Source of the DNA: Basidiobolus meristosporus CBS 931.73 | Lineage: Eukaryota > Fungi > Basidiobolomycota | Direction: 5' to 3' | DNA: 64,000 nucleotides | Assembly (NCBI GenBank): GCA_002104905.1 | Contig: MCFE01000252.1 | Coordinates: 1 to 64,000 of the forward strand | Shown: in pieces, positions 12,561 through 26,194 of the stretch | How positions within the stretch are numbered: position 1 is the stretch's first letter | Layout of the letters: each line of letters begins with the position of its first letter | Translations under genes and position numbers: made by a program | The notes under the pieces: model-generated | The model's database searches: none | Told to the model about the DNA's origin: nothing | Seen by the model: the letters and a program-made list of their open reading frames with translations, nothing else

Positions 12561-12739
12561 GAGAAATGTGTCTGGACAATTATGAAGAGTAAATGAAGCA
12601 AGAAAAACATTTTTCTGAGCAACATAAATATGATGGAGTAAAAATAACAGTAACTTAATACTACCACTAGCAGTGTGTTAGAAATTAGAGTGCCAGATAG
12701 TGCTGTAGAGTGTAGTATCAATCCAGCACTATAAACAGG

Positions 12740-15700
12740 CAGGAACCATATGGTACTCCTCAGCAGAACAAGTCTATTTAACAAATATCAAGACATTCTT
12801 TGCAGATATTCAGCAGGTATTCATGACAGAAGCAGTGACAACCAATTAAATGTTTGCAACATGTATATGTACCAGCAATACAAGGTATAGGGCAACTTTG
12901 CAAGTATTACACTAAAAAGCCATAAGCTTGAGGTAATAGAAGTGTATCAATTGTGGCATGTGTGCACATGTTACAAGTCTTAGTGCAAGAGTTGTAGAGG
13001 AATAGGGAGTTTAGCTAGTATTGTATTCACTAAAACTTGTACTGATTTTAATTGAGGTTCCAGCAACTCCTTATATACATTTTGCCAGATCAGTTGCTGA
13101 CTAATTGTATTTCCTAATGTAGGTTGTGGCCAATGACTGATCGGATTGCATCCTCAACACCCAGTAAGATTCTACTTATTATATCTCTTTCAGTCTGATA
13201 AGGATCTGCGGAATTATTTGCTGACTAATGCTAATGATTTGACAGCTAATACTGATGTACTTATAGACTGAGCCTATAACTAATTGATCTGACTAATACC
13301 TGATCTAACTTCACATGCAAGCAATAGATCATAACACACACAACAGCAATTCTGTCTATTGTGTTCAGAAGAGCTTACTATCCTGCTGATGGCAGCAGTA
13401 TCCCCAACTCAGGCAATAACATGTGCTTTGACATGATGGCCATTTACTAGTACACTACTGGAAAGTATATAGATATAATCTGATAATTGATACAGGTAAG
13501 TATCTATGCAAGAGGGTGATCTGTGCTAACATAACTTTGGCCGGTGCCTCTTGTTGTCTTTTTTCCAATTGCTGGTGTCTACTGGGCTGACTAAGTTCAT
13601 CTTCTAAGGCATCTGTAAGCTTGGGTTGTGTGAGATCTCCCGGAATTGTTGGTTCAAATCCATACACTAAGTAAAATGGTGATTATTGGGTAGTAATGTG
13701 CACTCTAACTTGGCAGGCAAAAAGTGCTTAATCTATATACTCATCCCATCTACTGACAGCTCCATTTGCATGCTTGGTCAGCATTTTTCAAATAATCCAT
13801 TAAAGCATTCAGTGACTCCATTAGTTCTGGGGTGATATGGCAAGGTTTTCAAGTGTTTAATCTGCTGCATTTCCAGGTAAGCCTCTAATGTCTTTGACAT
13901 GAAGTTTGCTCCTCTATCAGATAAGATCTCCACAGGGCATCCAAACTTCATAAGGATCTCATGGTAGATGAAGCTTGCAACTTCTTGTTTGCTAGCTATA
14001 GGTATAGCTTTAGTCACTGGCCATTTTGTAGCATGGTCAATTGCTACTAGGATCCAACGGTTGCATTTCCTGGTAGATGGCAGTCTTCCAATAGAGTCAA
14101 TTCCCCATCTTTCAAATGATCTTACAGGCTCCAAGGGAAAGAGTTCAGCAATTCCCTGTGATTGGCCTTGGTTGATTTGGCAATTTGAGCATGTTTTCAC
14201 TAGCTTCTCAATATCTTGTTTCATTCTGGGCCACCATGCTCTGGCTTTCACAAGACTATAGGTTCCTTCAATTCCAAGATGCCCATATCCATTGTGTAGT
14301 GTATGTATTAAATCCAGGCAAGAAACATATGGGCAATAGGCAATAGGGTTTCCATCAACAACTTGGTAGAGTGTTTCATCCTGTACTACAAACTTGATGG
14401 CTTCATCATGGATTATCTTCTTTATATCTTCATCCGCCTCATTAGGAATGGCTTGGTCCTCTAAGTACTTTGGTAATAGGCTAGGCCAATCGGATTCATG
14501 CACCAAGTTGAGTTGTGCAACTTGATCTAATCTTGATAAGGCATCAGCAACCGTGTTGTTTTTTCCAGGGCAGTAGACAATCTCCAAATGAAATTGCTGA
14601 ATGTATTCACTCCATCTTGTCATTCTTCTAGAGAGTACTTTCTGAATAAATATATACTTGAGGGAGGCATGATCAGTCTTCACAGTGCATTTGACTCCTC
14701 CAATATAGCATCTCCATGTCTTCAAACAGTGTATTATAGCAAGCATCTCCTTCTCATGGACTGGATAGTTTTGTTCTGCTGAGTTCAGTTTCTTGGATTC
14801 AAAGGCAATAGAGTAGTCCTTTCCCTTGTGTTCTTGGCTCAACACTCCACCAATTGCATATTCTGAAGCATCTGTGCACAGAGTGAACTCTTTTCTGATG
14901 TCTGGTATTCTTAAGCTTGGCAGCTTAGCAAGATCATTCTTGAGCATCTGGAAGGCAGTCTCACAAGCTATGTCCCACTTGTAGGTATTGTCTTTCTTGA
15001 GGATATCAGTTAAAGGGGCTGCAATACTTGCAAAAGACTTGACAAATATCCGCTAATAGGAAACCATTCAGAGGAATGATCTGAGCTCTGATATGCTATG
15101 GGGCTGCCTCAGATTCTTGATTACTTCCACCTTCTTAGGGTCTAAGGTTACTCCTGTGCTAGTCACTATGTGTTCCAGATATTCAAAGTGATCCTTCAAG
15201 AGTTCACACTTGGCTAGCTTTCCATTTAGCTTGTTCTCTCTTAGCTTCTTTAAGACCTTTTCAATGTGTACCAAGTGATCCTCTTCTGTCTTGCTGTATA
15301 TCAATATGTCATCTGGGTAGATTATCACAAACTTGTCTAAGTACTCCTGGAAGACACTCTGCATCAGCATCATGAATGTTGCAGGGGCATTAGTGAGGCC
15401 AAAACTCATGACTAAGTACTTGTAATGTCCATATCTGGTCCTGAATGCTGTCTTAGGGATATCTTCTGGCTTCACCCTAATCCGGTTGTATCCTGACATG
15501 AGGTCAATCTTGCTGAAAATAGTGGCTCCATTGAGTTGGTCCAAAAGCTCATCAATACAAGGTATGGGGTACTTATTCTTCAAGGTGACTGAGTTGAGGG
15601 CTCTGTAGTCAATGCACATCCTAAGAGTTCCATCCTTCTTTTTGACAAAAAGCACTGGTGCTCCCCAAGGTGACTTGCTGGGTCTGATTTATCCTTGCTC

Positions 15701-18330
15701 CAGTAGCTGATCAATTTGTTGATTCATTTCCTCCAATTCCAGTGGACTCATTCTGTAAGGTGTCTTGCTCACTGGAGGGCTATGTATTGTGTCAGTGGCA
15801 TGATCCACATCTCTGACTGGTGGTAGGCTTACAAGCTCATCTGGAAACATGTCTGAATATTTCTTCAAGAGAGTCTGGACCTGCTGGGGTGCTGGGGTAG
15901 AGGAATCCTCCTGTAATACCACCATGAGGAACATCTGGGTACCTTTTCTATGCACTCTACAGTACTGGGTCTTGCTAAGTTCACTTGTCTCACACATACT
16001 GGAATTGACCAAGATGAAATCCAGCCTGGCAGGTAATAGCTCATAGGTCCTGTTGTCTTTTTGGATCTGAGTAGCATGGGTTCTCCAGTTGATTGATGGA
16101 TTACAACAAAATAGCCAGGTTTTTCCAGGTACAAGGTCAAACTTGCAGTTCCCAAATATATTAGCCTGTAGGCCTTCTTCATAGTCATTGATCTTCATTC
16201 TTACAGGCTGGGTAATATGGTTGATTATGTGAGAGTTCCCATCAGCTGTGGAGACTGAAGTTGATTTTGTAGGTTCCAAGTTGATTCCAGCTTTCAAGGC
16301 AAATTCTTCTGGCATATATTCATGTGATGCTCCTGAGTTAATCATGATTTTGGCAGGTACTCCATTGATTACTCCATTTAAGTACAATAACTTCCCTGAG
16401 TTTGAGGTCATTTGGGACAAGTACTCTTCTGTCATATGGAAGGTGAGTTCTGAGTCATCTTCAAGCTTATCCTCCACATTACTGTGTTCATGGGACTCAA
16501 TATGGTTGAGGGTTCTTGTTGGCTGATGTCTGTATCTTCTCTGAGGGCAGTACTTTGCAATATGTCCTTGCTGGTGGCAATTGAAGCAAAGTCCTTTCTT
16601 CTTACATTCTTCTGAGGGAGGATTCTTCTGCATAGCATCTATTTCCATTGGCACTGCTTCTGATTGTCTTTTTTCATAGTGATTGTAGCCTCTCTGATTA
16701 GTTGTTGTGCGCTTCCCAACTCCAAACATAGCTGAGTCATAGTCAATGGCAATCTTGATGGCTTCTTCAATAGTCTGAGGTCTTCAATAATTCACTTCCT
16801 TGCAAATACTTTCTTTCAACCCATCAATAAAGTATTCAACTTGATCCAGGGGGTCCATTCTTTCAATTTGTCCAAGTAGACATCTGTACTCATAGATGTA
16901 TTCCTGAACCATTTCTTTCTGTCTGAGTGTCTTTAACTTCCTTCTTAGTAGTGTCTGCTGGTGTGGAGGTTTAGAAGCATCCTGAATTTCCAACACAAAC
17001 TCATCCCAGGTAGAGATTGTAGAGCATCCCATCACAGTGGCTGACCTGATCTTGTTGTGGTACCACTGTAAAGCTGCATCTGCCAGGTAAGAAGCTGCAT
17101 AATGCAACTTGCTTTCTGGAGCAATTCCTTTAGCCCTAAAAGCTTCTTCAATCTGAAAGAGCCAAGTTCCCAGGTTTTCATTGACTCTGCCATGGTACCA
17201 GTTGACCTTCACACTAAAGTTGCTCTTGACAGGGCTTTGCTGGCTCTGAGCCATGGTAGTCATTCCTTGTTGCTGTTGGGCCAGGATTTGCTGCATGGCA
17301 TTCTTCCATTCTTGTTTGTCCTATATCTTGAGGGTGGATTCTTGTTTTTTCAGGAGGGAGGTTTCTGGTTACTGCTGCTACCAATGTTACAAGTCTTGGT
17401 ATAAGAGTTGTAGAGGAATAGGGAGTTTAGCTAGTATTGTATTCACTAAAACCTGAACTGATTTTTATTAAGGTTCCAGCAGCTCCTTATATACAATTTG
17501 TCAGATCAGTTGCTGACTAATTGTATTTCCAAATGTAGGCTGTGGCTGATGACTCATTTGATTACATCAACATCACTTAATTAGATCCTACTTAACATAA
17601 CTATATCTGTCTGATAAGGATCTGCTGATTCATCTGCTGACTAATACTACTGCTTTGATAGATAACACTGATGTACTGATAGGCTAAACATAAAACTAAT
17701 TGATTTAACTAAAAACTGATCTAACTTAAACATTCAAGCGGTAGGTCATAACACACATATGTAGAGGTCAGTAGGCAGGAGGCCATAGTTTTTTTGATTC
17801 ATACCATAGGTGGAATACCCAAGTAGAAGTGTGTATGTCAATAAAGAGGGATGGTTATACAGTGGAATATATGAATTGTGCAAGGGGAGGTAGAAACAGA
17901 AAATACCATTTGGTAAGTTGTTATGGTAGCATTACACTGCACTGAATTTTTATGGTAGCATTACACTGCACTAGCTGTAGGCTGCTGTATTGCCATTACA
18001 AAGCCAGCAGAGATTTGCAATGAGGTGATCAGTACACCATTGCATTTCTTGCCATATAGCATAATGGATGTATTGGCCAGTTAGGTATGCTCTAATAGAT
18101 GTAGAGTGCATCAAGACTTTTAGAATGCTATGCAGTTCTTGTAGAAAGACTGCCTAACCACCATTATGTTTATTACTATATTTGGCAGTGAAATCAGCAA
18201 AATACTGCCTGAATTCCATATAAGATTGTGTGGAAAGACAATAATTCTAAGCTGCTGGCATTATTACAGACTCATTGCTGGACCTTGATGCCTGATCTGG
18301 ATTAGAAGACACATCTGCATCTGATAGAAT
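12740..18330 (+). mobile_element. CACTA copy C (transposase C-terminus + downstream ORF), split by gypsy copy 1
   Basis: Flanks ...tgtggcatgtgtgcaca | cacatatgtagaggtcagtaggcaggagg... rejoin into sequence colinear with the reverse complement of ~53850-53920. Confidence 0.75.
12969..17753 (-). mobile_element. Ty3/gypsy retrotransposon copy 1 (gag, PR, RT, RNase H, IN), degenerate, 4-bp TSD CACA
   Basis: LTRs 12969-13337 and ~17385-17753 (TGTTACAAG...CATAACA); PBS TGGTAGC; gag 16784-17296; CFNCHQQGHIAKYC zinc knuckle; RT 'MCIDYRALN...[10 protein letters not shown]...Y.DDILIYS'; RNase H 'LCTDASEYAIGGVL'; integrase 'ERWGIDSIG...SDRGANF'. Confidence 0.95.
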
Positions 18331-18740
18331 TTTAGTTGATTGGTGGCTTGGCAAAGTCCTAAGTATGATTTTTCATCAGGGCTTAATACTCCTCAGTCAT
18401 TGCAGATCACCTAAACTTTGTCTGAAGGCTAGGTAGGATCTCTTTTGCAGTCTGGGTTTCATTGATATGGACTGAATAGACATAGGCTATGTTTGTACTG
18501 TAATTGGTATTTATTTGGGCTATTCCTAGTCTGGTTGGATCTCCTGGTTTATAATATTGAAATGATCTTCACAGGGATATTCCTTGGCACTGATTCAGGC
18601 TCAGGCTGAACCATGGTTGCAAAGCTGTCTGGAGTAATATATTTGCAGTATTTTGCTCTGATTCAATCCTGACTATTGGTAGACTTGAGGTCAGATTTTC
18701 TCATTGCCTGATGCAATTTTTTGACAAAATTTTGAGCTTT
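18330..18740 (-). pseudogene. Copia IN-RT linker / RT N-terminal fragment
   Basis: Reverse complement homologous to ~54430-54640. Confidence 0.7.
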
Positions 18741-18830
18741 CATTGAACAAACATCTGCAATCTGATCAGCTTCTTTGGCATGGTATTGTAGAGTCTGTAT
18801 GCTTTACTCTCATTGTAATAGCCCATATAT

Positions 18831-19415
18831 AGACTTGTTCTATTGGATGATGCCACATTGAGCTATGAATACCAAATGATGCCATATTGTGCCAGGGAAG
18901 CCAAGTGAGCCTATATTTGGCCACAGAGTGTGAGTCATAGCTCTTCATCTTCATGCAAAGTAGCTCCTGTATTTCACTCACCATGTTGAAGAAATTTCAT
19001 TTTTGACCTTTTTTTGGATCATTGTTGTTAGGATGTGTAATAACACATATGGATTGAAGACATGCAGCTGGTTCTCAATACCTATGGCACTGTGAATCTA
19101 GCTCCTGTAGCTTGTATCATGACACAAAAATGTATGCACTATCTTGGTCCACTAGTACTATATGGTTCTATAGTTAACTATTTGCCCTGAAGTAAAACCT
19201 ATACAAAGCACTCAGAGCCAGATAGTACCAGTGGACCAAGATAGTGCCATGCATTGTTGTGATATGATGCAAGCCATAGGAGCTAGATTCACAGTGCCAT
19301 GGGTATTGAGAACCAGATACATGTCTTCAGTCCATCTGTTCTCTCACACATTCTGTGCAACATTGATCCAAACAAAAGGTCAATAAATGGATTCTCTCCA
19401 ACATGGTGGGTGATC
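18831..19415. mobile_element. Foldback/MITE family copy, right arm truncated
   Basis: Starts AGACTTGTTC; palindromic about a ~40-bp spacer near 19175-19215 that is the reverse complement of the spacer at 32916-32955. Confidence 0.8.
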
Positions 19416-19419
19416 ATTG

Positions 19420-19780
19420 TAGAAGTGAATGTAGAGCCTTAAGGTATCTTCTCCACCATTGTCAGAGTTTATATTCCTGATTATTCAGCAGTTTCTCTCT
19501 CCAACATTATTTCATACTCCCTGAGCTTGAACCAAGCTTCTTCCCTTATCTCTGTGAAGAAGGCTCACTTGTAATTGGTATCATTATCAATATAAGCAAT
19601 AAATACTGCATCCCACCTAAAGATTAATTTTTAATAGGTCCATGCCAACCTGAGTGAGTTGGAACTAACTGATTCTTGGTTTTGTTTACCCCAGAGCTCA
19701 TATGTGGCTGTCTGGCTTGTTTGCCATAATTGCAGACTTTGCAGAGCGCCTGTTGTGCATCAACATTTAAAACTTTGCCA
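19420..19780 (-). pseudogene. Copia integrase fragment
   Basis: Minus-strand 'CKVCNYGKQARQP' (GAG-pre-integrase) and 'SDNGGE' motifs. Confidence 0.75.
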
Positions 19781-20559
19781 ATTTTACTCCGTTTGAAAAT
19801 CTAGTACCCTAACTGATTTTCCCTAACCCAAACATAACAAATCCCAGTTACAGTTTATTTGATCCCACCTCAGAATCTATTTTTAGCTATCACACCTGAT
19901 CTATTTTCAAATGGTCATCACGTTATCAACCTATCTGCCAAGCCTTCCCAGGAGATTAGTCATCTGAGATCTATCCAACCACTGTGCAGTTGCCAAGACA
20001 TCAGTTGATTGATGATGTAATTTTCATTTATCTTATGCACCCATGAACACCCAAATTGATTTCAATCAATCCAGTCCCTTGGCGCTTACTAATTCAACTT
20101 GATCAGAAAAGTATAAATAAAGTGTACTGAACCTTTTGGTTTAGTGTGTGTCTCAACGAAATTAAGATTCTGTCTCAGCAAAAATAAGAATCCAACAATT
20201 CCGTTCTAGTTTCTATCCAAGCCTAGTATATCTAGCACTCCAAAGAACACCAAGCCTAGCCTGCCTAGCAAACAAATATCATTGCCTTTATAGCCAACCC
20301 AGCTATATCCAAGACCAATATTAGATCAGAATCTTTCTGCTAATATTTCCGCCACTCTCTGACAATTCTAAGATTCTGCACTTAATTGTCCCTTTGGTTC
20401 AGTTAAACCATTCAAGAGTTTTATTACACTTTCTCTTGGATACAACAGCGCCAAATTAGCTGGAAGGTCAACTTTTACTCCGGAAAGTGGTTAGTTATTG
20501 ACCATTTTGTGTAGATAATCTATAATATATGTCTTGGACTCTTATACCAACACATTGGT

Positions 20560-21560
20560 GCTTATTTACTCAAGTTACTTATTTTGGCTTCCAGGTATGA
20601 TAGAAAAGAGGTTAGCTGGCATAGATCTTGATCTCAAATACCCAAGAGGATATATGCTTCATTTTGATCAGTGTTCCTGCATCCTGAGTTGTCAAAGCTG
20701 AAACATAGCCCTTCTACTGTGTCTGTGCTTACAGATAGTAGGTACTTTGCTCTTCTGGAACATAGAGTATCTTTTTAAAGGTAAGTGTATGGCTTCCCTC
20801 ACTTCTTCTAGAGTTTACTGCAATAGGTTCTTCTCCAGCTGCATCAAGTGTTCTATCTTCACCCATGAAAACTTTCCTAACTGGACTTTCTTGATAGTGG
20901 TAAAAATTCCTATTAGTGTGTAAGGTGCTGAGATGTGCAGAGCCAATAAACCAGATCTGGGAATCCTCTTTGTAGTTATACTTGGTGCAAATTTGTATAG
21001 TCTATCTTCAGCTGTGACAGCAAATCCACATTCAGGCCTTTACTGCTGACTATCCCTCCTTTTAAGGCACTGGTCTTCTATACATACTTTCCCTTTGCCG
21101 TAGTTGCAAATTGCTTTAATTCATCTCAAAGGGTCTTGGGTATCTCCTTTGTTGCTTATCATTGCTTATTAAAGCAATTTCTTATCTATATGTCCTTTCC
21201 TTTTGTGGTAGTTGCACAACAGGTTGCTTTTGCCTTTAAAAGGATTGGTATCTTCTTGTTGGCTGTCATTACTTGTTGAAAAATTTTCTTTTTGCTTCTT
21301 GTTGGCACCTGATTCTCTTAATTCTTCATCCTGGAGCCTTCTTTGTGTGCAATTTAAGGTCAAATCTTCAGTTCTAGACTCTAGGGATGATACAAGGCCT
21401 TGAAACCTCTCTGTTAGATTATTCTGGATGGTAGCTTTCATGTCCCCATCAGTAGTTGGAACTTCCACAAATTTCATCTCATCCACCAGCAGGGTAATTC
21501 TGTTGATGAAATTCTTTATTTCTTCTTCTGGCAGCATCTTTGTGGTTTAGAATATTGGTC
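20560..21560 (-). pseudogene. Copia gag (UBN2-type) / protease fragment
   Basis: ORF 21169-21537 'INRITLLVDEMKFV...LESRTEDLTL', zinc-knuckle remnant; homologous to 52750-53240. Confidence 0.75.
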
Positions 21561-22299
21561 TGAGATACATTTAAAGTACTATCACTCAGCTAAATATGAC
21601 CCAACTTATTACCTAACTAGCACTAATTGCAATATGAGATACTTACATTAATATCTCACTAATGGCATGGTAACTCTGTTGACAATCATTTCATCTGAGG
21701 GCAGCAAGTTAGCTTAACCAAGTTACTCTTTATAGATGAAATGATGTCTAATATATGTGCTTAGTTCTAGTATAAATAGTTAGACTTCTACTTGATCATA
21801 GACTCCTGACTATATAAAAATAATGTGGTGGGTATGTACCTCAAGCAGATATTGGCGGTTCCTCTTATGTGTCCAGATGTCCACCTAACTGTTGCAATAT
21901 GCTCAGATTCATAGTGCTTTGCACTAAATATGAGATGTCTTTACAAGTTCCTAGCAGAGTTCCTACAAAAAAATTAAGAAAAGGACAGCAAAATAGCATC
22001 ATAAAATCAGCTTAATTTCAAGTTACTCAAAATTGAAAACTCTAAATATCTCATTTATTAGCTGATGGGCAGGTAAGCAAACAAACTCTCTGGGAGAAGA
22101 CTAGGCCAACTAGCCTCCATACCAAATTTGGTAATTAGATGACAATATCTTCCACCAAAAATTGCATTTGAAAATTTGAACCAGAAACACCAGCTGAATA
22201 CCAGCAAAGTATCATTAGAGCACAAGTAGAATTCTAGCTGAAATTCAAATGAATTCCAAGTTTCAGAGTCTTCGTAGGGAATGTACATCTGGATTTCAA

Positions 22300-23950
22300 T
22301 CATACTTTAGTAAGGGAACTGTGGGCTTTCATATTGTACCAATCTCACTTGATTTTGTTATGTTTTGGCCAAGGAAAGGTTTGTCTCCATTGAGGTAGCT
22401 GCCAACCTACATTCTTCCATTTGATACTTCTTTAGGACATCTTGAATGTACTAGAATTGACTTAGGGGAAGAGTCTTGGTTCTTGTGTCTATGGAGAGAT
22501 TTATGCCAAAATATTGATAGAGCTCTTCTGATTTTGGACTTCTTGAGCGCCTTAGATGGGTTAAATTCAGTTTCTTCCAGGGTGTCTTGGTTATTATTGG
22601 CTACACAAGTTCATCCACATAGAGTGCTTGTTGCAATTTAAGAAGTGATTTGAATATAAGGAACTTATCAAGAAAAAGTGATAATAGTTGAACTCTTGTT
22701 TATTCATAAAGAAGCTCAGTATTTATACCGTTGTAGAAGTAATACAGCTGTAACACTAAGTAGGGAGGGTTTCTCAATATTCAGGAGCATCCTGTAACAG
22801 TTTCAGGGCTAGTACATAATGTTTGGTAATAGTGCTATTTTGATCCTGACTATAGGGGGATAATCATATGATCATATATCTGGAGAAATTGGCAAAGTTA
22901 AAGCAGTAAATGAGTCCTACAGTAATAAGACTAGTCTAGAATTGTTAAGTAAGTTTTTAGCTGCTGAATGATACCAAATAGTCCAATATTTCAACAGTGC
23001 TTACAGAGCTCAGTTTCCTCTATCAGGCTTATAATAAATACTATAGTCAGCAACACCTCTACAGACACTCAGAGATTCCAACAAGCTTCTATCTTGCAAA
23101 TCCAGGCTCTCAGTGTTTGTTGAGACCTTACAGAGATTTTGTAAGCTTGCAGATCCAACAGTGGTCATTTTGGTCAGCTAGCCTGTTTGACTGGCTCATG
23201 TTCACATCCTCATTATGCTCCCCATCCAAATGCAGCTTGTACATGCATTTGACAAGTAGAGGCTTCATTTAACTCCAACACCCACTATGAATCTGAAGGA
23301 CTTAAGCTGAGTTACCAGTCCAAGACCTTCATTGAGTCAGGTAATTTTCTTTGTAAATATATTTGGTGTCAAGTCTTGCTGTGTATACTCCAACTGTACC
23401 AATAGCGCTATATTTTGTGTTGAAGACATATCTGCATCTAGTCAATTTCTAGTTGAATGAAAATTGGACCAAGTCTAAGGTTTGATTTTCCATCAGAGCC
23501 TGATATTCCTGAGTCATTGCCAATATCCAAAGCTTTGTCTCAGGGCTATTTATTGACTCTCCCACAGTCCAGGGCACACTGATATGAGCTGAATACGCAT
23601 AGGCTATGTTTGTAACCTCATTTATGTAGTTGTTTGGCATATTACTGATCTAATTAGACCTGTTGCCTTGTTGTGTCAGAATGTTCACTTCTGGGATATT
23701 CCTGAGCAATGGTTCCAGCTGAACCATAGCTGTAGAGTCCTCCAGAGTCATAACTATCATAGCTTTCCTCTGATTCCAAAGCATTGGTGTCTGTTCATTT
23801 AAGCTACTTATGTCGGCTTCTGGATAAGATAGAATATAAGTCAATTTGTATAGATTTTGATATCTGATACTCAAGGTATATGAGCACAGTTTTGATTTGT
23901 GATCCTGCATCCAGAATTAACAAAACTGATACTGAGTCCTTCTGTTGTGG
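22300..23950 (-). pseudogene. Copia RT remnant interrupted by a solo LTR
   Basis: Reverse complement homologous to the RT at 1-620 and 54430-55330. Confidence 0.8.
22629..22996 (-). repeat. Solo LTR, copia family B (368 bp), 5-bp TSD GTGCT
   Basis: gtgct|TGTTGC...TTCAACA|gtgct; same family at ~33305-33672 and ~36581-36947. Confidence 0.9.
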
Positions 23951-26194
23951 CCTTACTTACAGTTAGTGGATTCTTGGCTATTTGTGTATATAGTGAGTAT
24001 ATTTAAAGGTAAATATGTGGCAATCATCACAGCTTCCAAGGTTGACTTGGATAGTTCCTTCTCTAACTGCATCTGGTGAGCTATTATCACCCATGAAAAC
24101 CTTTTCAATTGTGATTTCTCAACACTATTGCTTTGTGAAACAATTTGGACCTGCAGGTGGATCAAATCCAGATCAGCCATCAGGATACTGCAACATGGCT
24201 GTCATAATGCCCAAAGCTTGGAATTATTGGCCCCTATGCAATTTTGTGACATTATTATGATGGTGCTTTGCGGAACTTACTGCTCAATATCACTAAAGCA
24301 TGAGGGTTGAAGCAGTTGTTTGACAAGAATTGCATAGCATTCTCATGGTCTAAACTCACTCTACATATATTAGAGCTGACCTAACCAGCCAATACATCCT
24401 ATTGCCTTAAATAGCACAACACTCAACTGTGCTCAAATGGCCTCATTGCAGATGGCTGCTGGCATCCTAATGGTAGTATTGTGGGTTACAGCTAGCTCTG
24501 TATAATGCAACCATTTCAGTTTACCATATGTCATCTCCTTTTTCTACCTCCCTTTGTGCCATTCACAAGTGGCACTGTAGAGTCACCAATCTTTATTTGC
24601 TTACCCACTGCTTCATTGGGTATTCCACATACAGGTCAAAACAAATAAAACTATGACCTCCTGAACATCTGCAATGAAATTTTTGGGTATTTTGCCAATG
24701 AATTCCTTCTCCTTGCTAGATTCTAGTCTCCCTTTGAGGTACACTCTGGCACTTAGTTGTGTGAGCTCTATACTGAATGATATAGAAGTTGGTTTGTGAC
24801 CAACACAAACATGGCATACTTTAGTAAAGTTATTATAACAAAAGTTTGCTGCTTGTTGTTTCCAGCCCAACCAAACATAACTTAACTGGTTACGCATATA
24901 TTGGGGCTGCTTAGCTTTGTATTGCCAAAGATATAGGTGTCTTCATATGCGCATCTGCCCTGAGTATTTTCCAACTCTTTGTGGCTGACCTCCTTGTGGC
25001 AACTCATCACATCCATTACAGACTTGAAGGTAATATTATTGATGAGATTGGGATATAGTAGAACCTACAACTTGACTTGTCTTCCTATCTCCCCATGCAT
25101 CTGCTCTATAGGAGACTCCAAATGGGAAGTCAGGCACAAATTCCCTACTCACCATGCTAGATCAAACAGTGAATGGATGCAGAGGCACAGAGATCTACAA
25201 ATTCAGCGTTATGCATGCAGAAATGGCTGCTAAAATCCTATTACAAGCTTCTTGCATAAAAGTAGTATATGCAATAAGTTATCATTGGTGATCTGCATCA
25301 GGATATTTATTTGTACAATGTCAACATATGACTTCTAATGCTTCCAGTGTACTCTTGGTAGAAATGGCCTCAGAAGGTCACTTGAGTCAACACATATTCA
25401 GTTCATCCAGTCCTTGCACTTGTAAAATTGCATGTGCAAATGAATATTAATTGGAGTCCATGATGGGTACTTGGGGTAAGATATACTTAGTAATATCCTG
25501 CCATTTTTTTTGAATTTCTCTGGTATCTTCAAGGGTACATTTAGCTTGAAATGCCCTTTATACAGCTTTGTCATTAGTATAGATATATTGCTTCAAAGTA
25601 AATGCACTGCTCCTAGCAGAGATCATTGGCTACTCAGATACCCTATAACTTAAGTATCTTTGGTTTCTAATTTATTCCATATTCTGTTCAATGGTTTATA
25701 GTTTGCCATCCTTGCTGCAATTGCCAGCCAACTTCTGTATGTTCTTACAGCAGGAAGGTGATGTGCTAATTCTGGTGTTTAGATATTACCAATAAGCATG
25801 AGCTATGGATAAAATCCCCTGGATTGTACACACATGTTCCAAGTTTTGATATAACAGTTGTGGAGGTATAGAGAGTTTTGCCAGTATTGTATTCACTAAA
25901 ACTTGAACTTATTTCTATTGAGGTTCAAGCAGCCCCTTTTATGCATTTTCCAGATCAATTGCTGGCTGAATGCATTTCCTAATGTAGGATGTAGCTGATG
26001 ACTCATTTGATTGCATCATCAACATCCAACAAGATCCTACTTAACATATGTATTTCTGTCAGATAAGGAATTGCTGATTCATTTGCATACTATTGATGCT
26101 GATATAATAGAAATACTGATACACTGATAGGCTGAGCATATAACTAACTGATTTGACTAAAAGCTGATCCAACTTGAACATTTAACAGTAGATC

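Noticed and set aside
13968-14782. Plus-strand ORFs opposite gypsy pol (also 16248-16526, 27934-28652, 30402-30680)
   Set aside because: Antisense shadows of the pol frame.
19780-20560. Possible solo LTR ending GATACAACA at ~20448
   Set aside because: No matching TSD, PBS or second copy in the window; left unclassified.
21560-22310. Possible LTR plus gag N-terminus (ORF 22058-22303) of another retroelement
   Set aside because: Similarity is only impressionistic and no boundaries could be supported.
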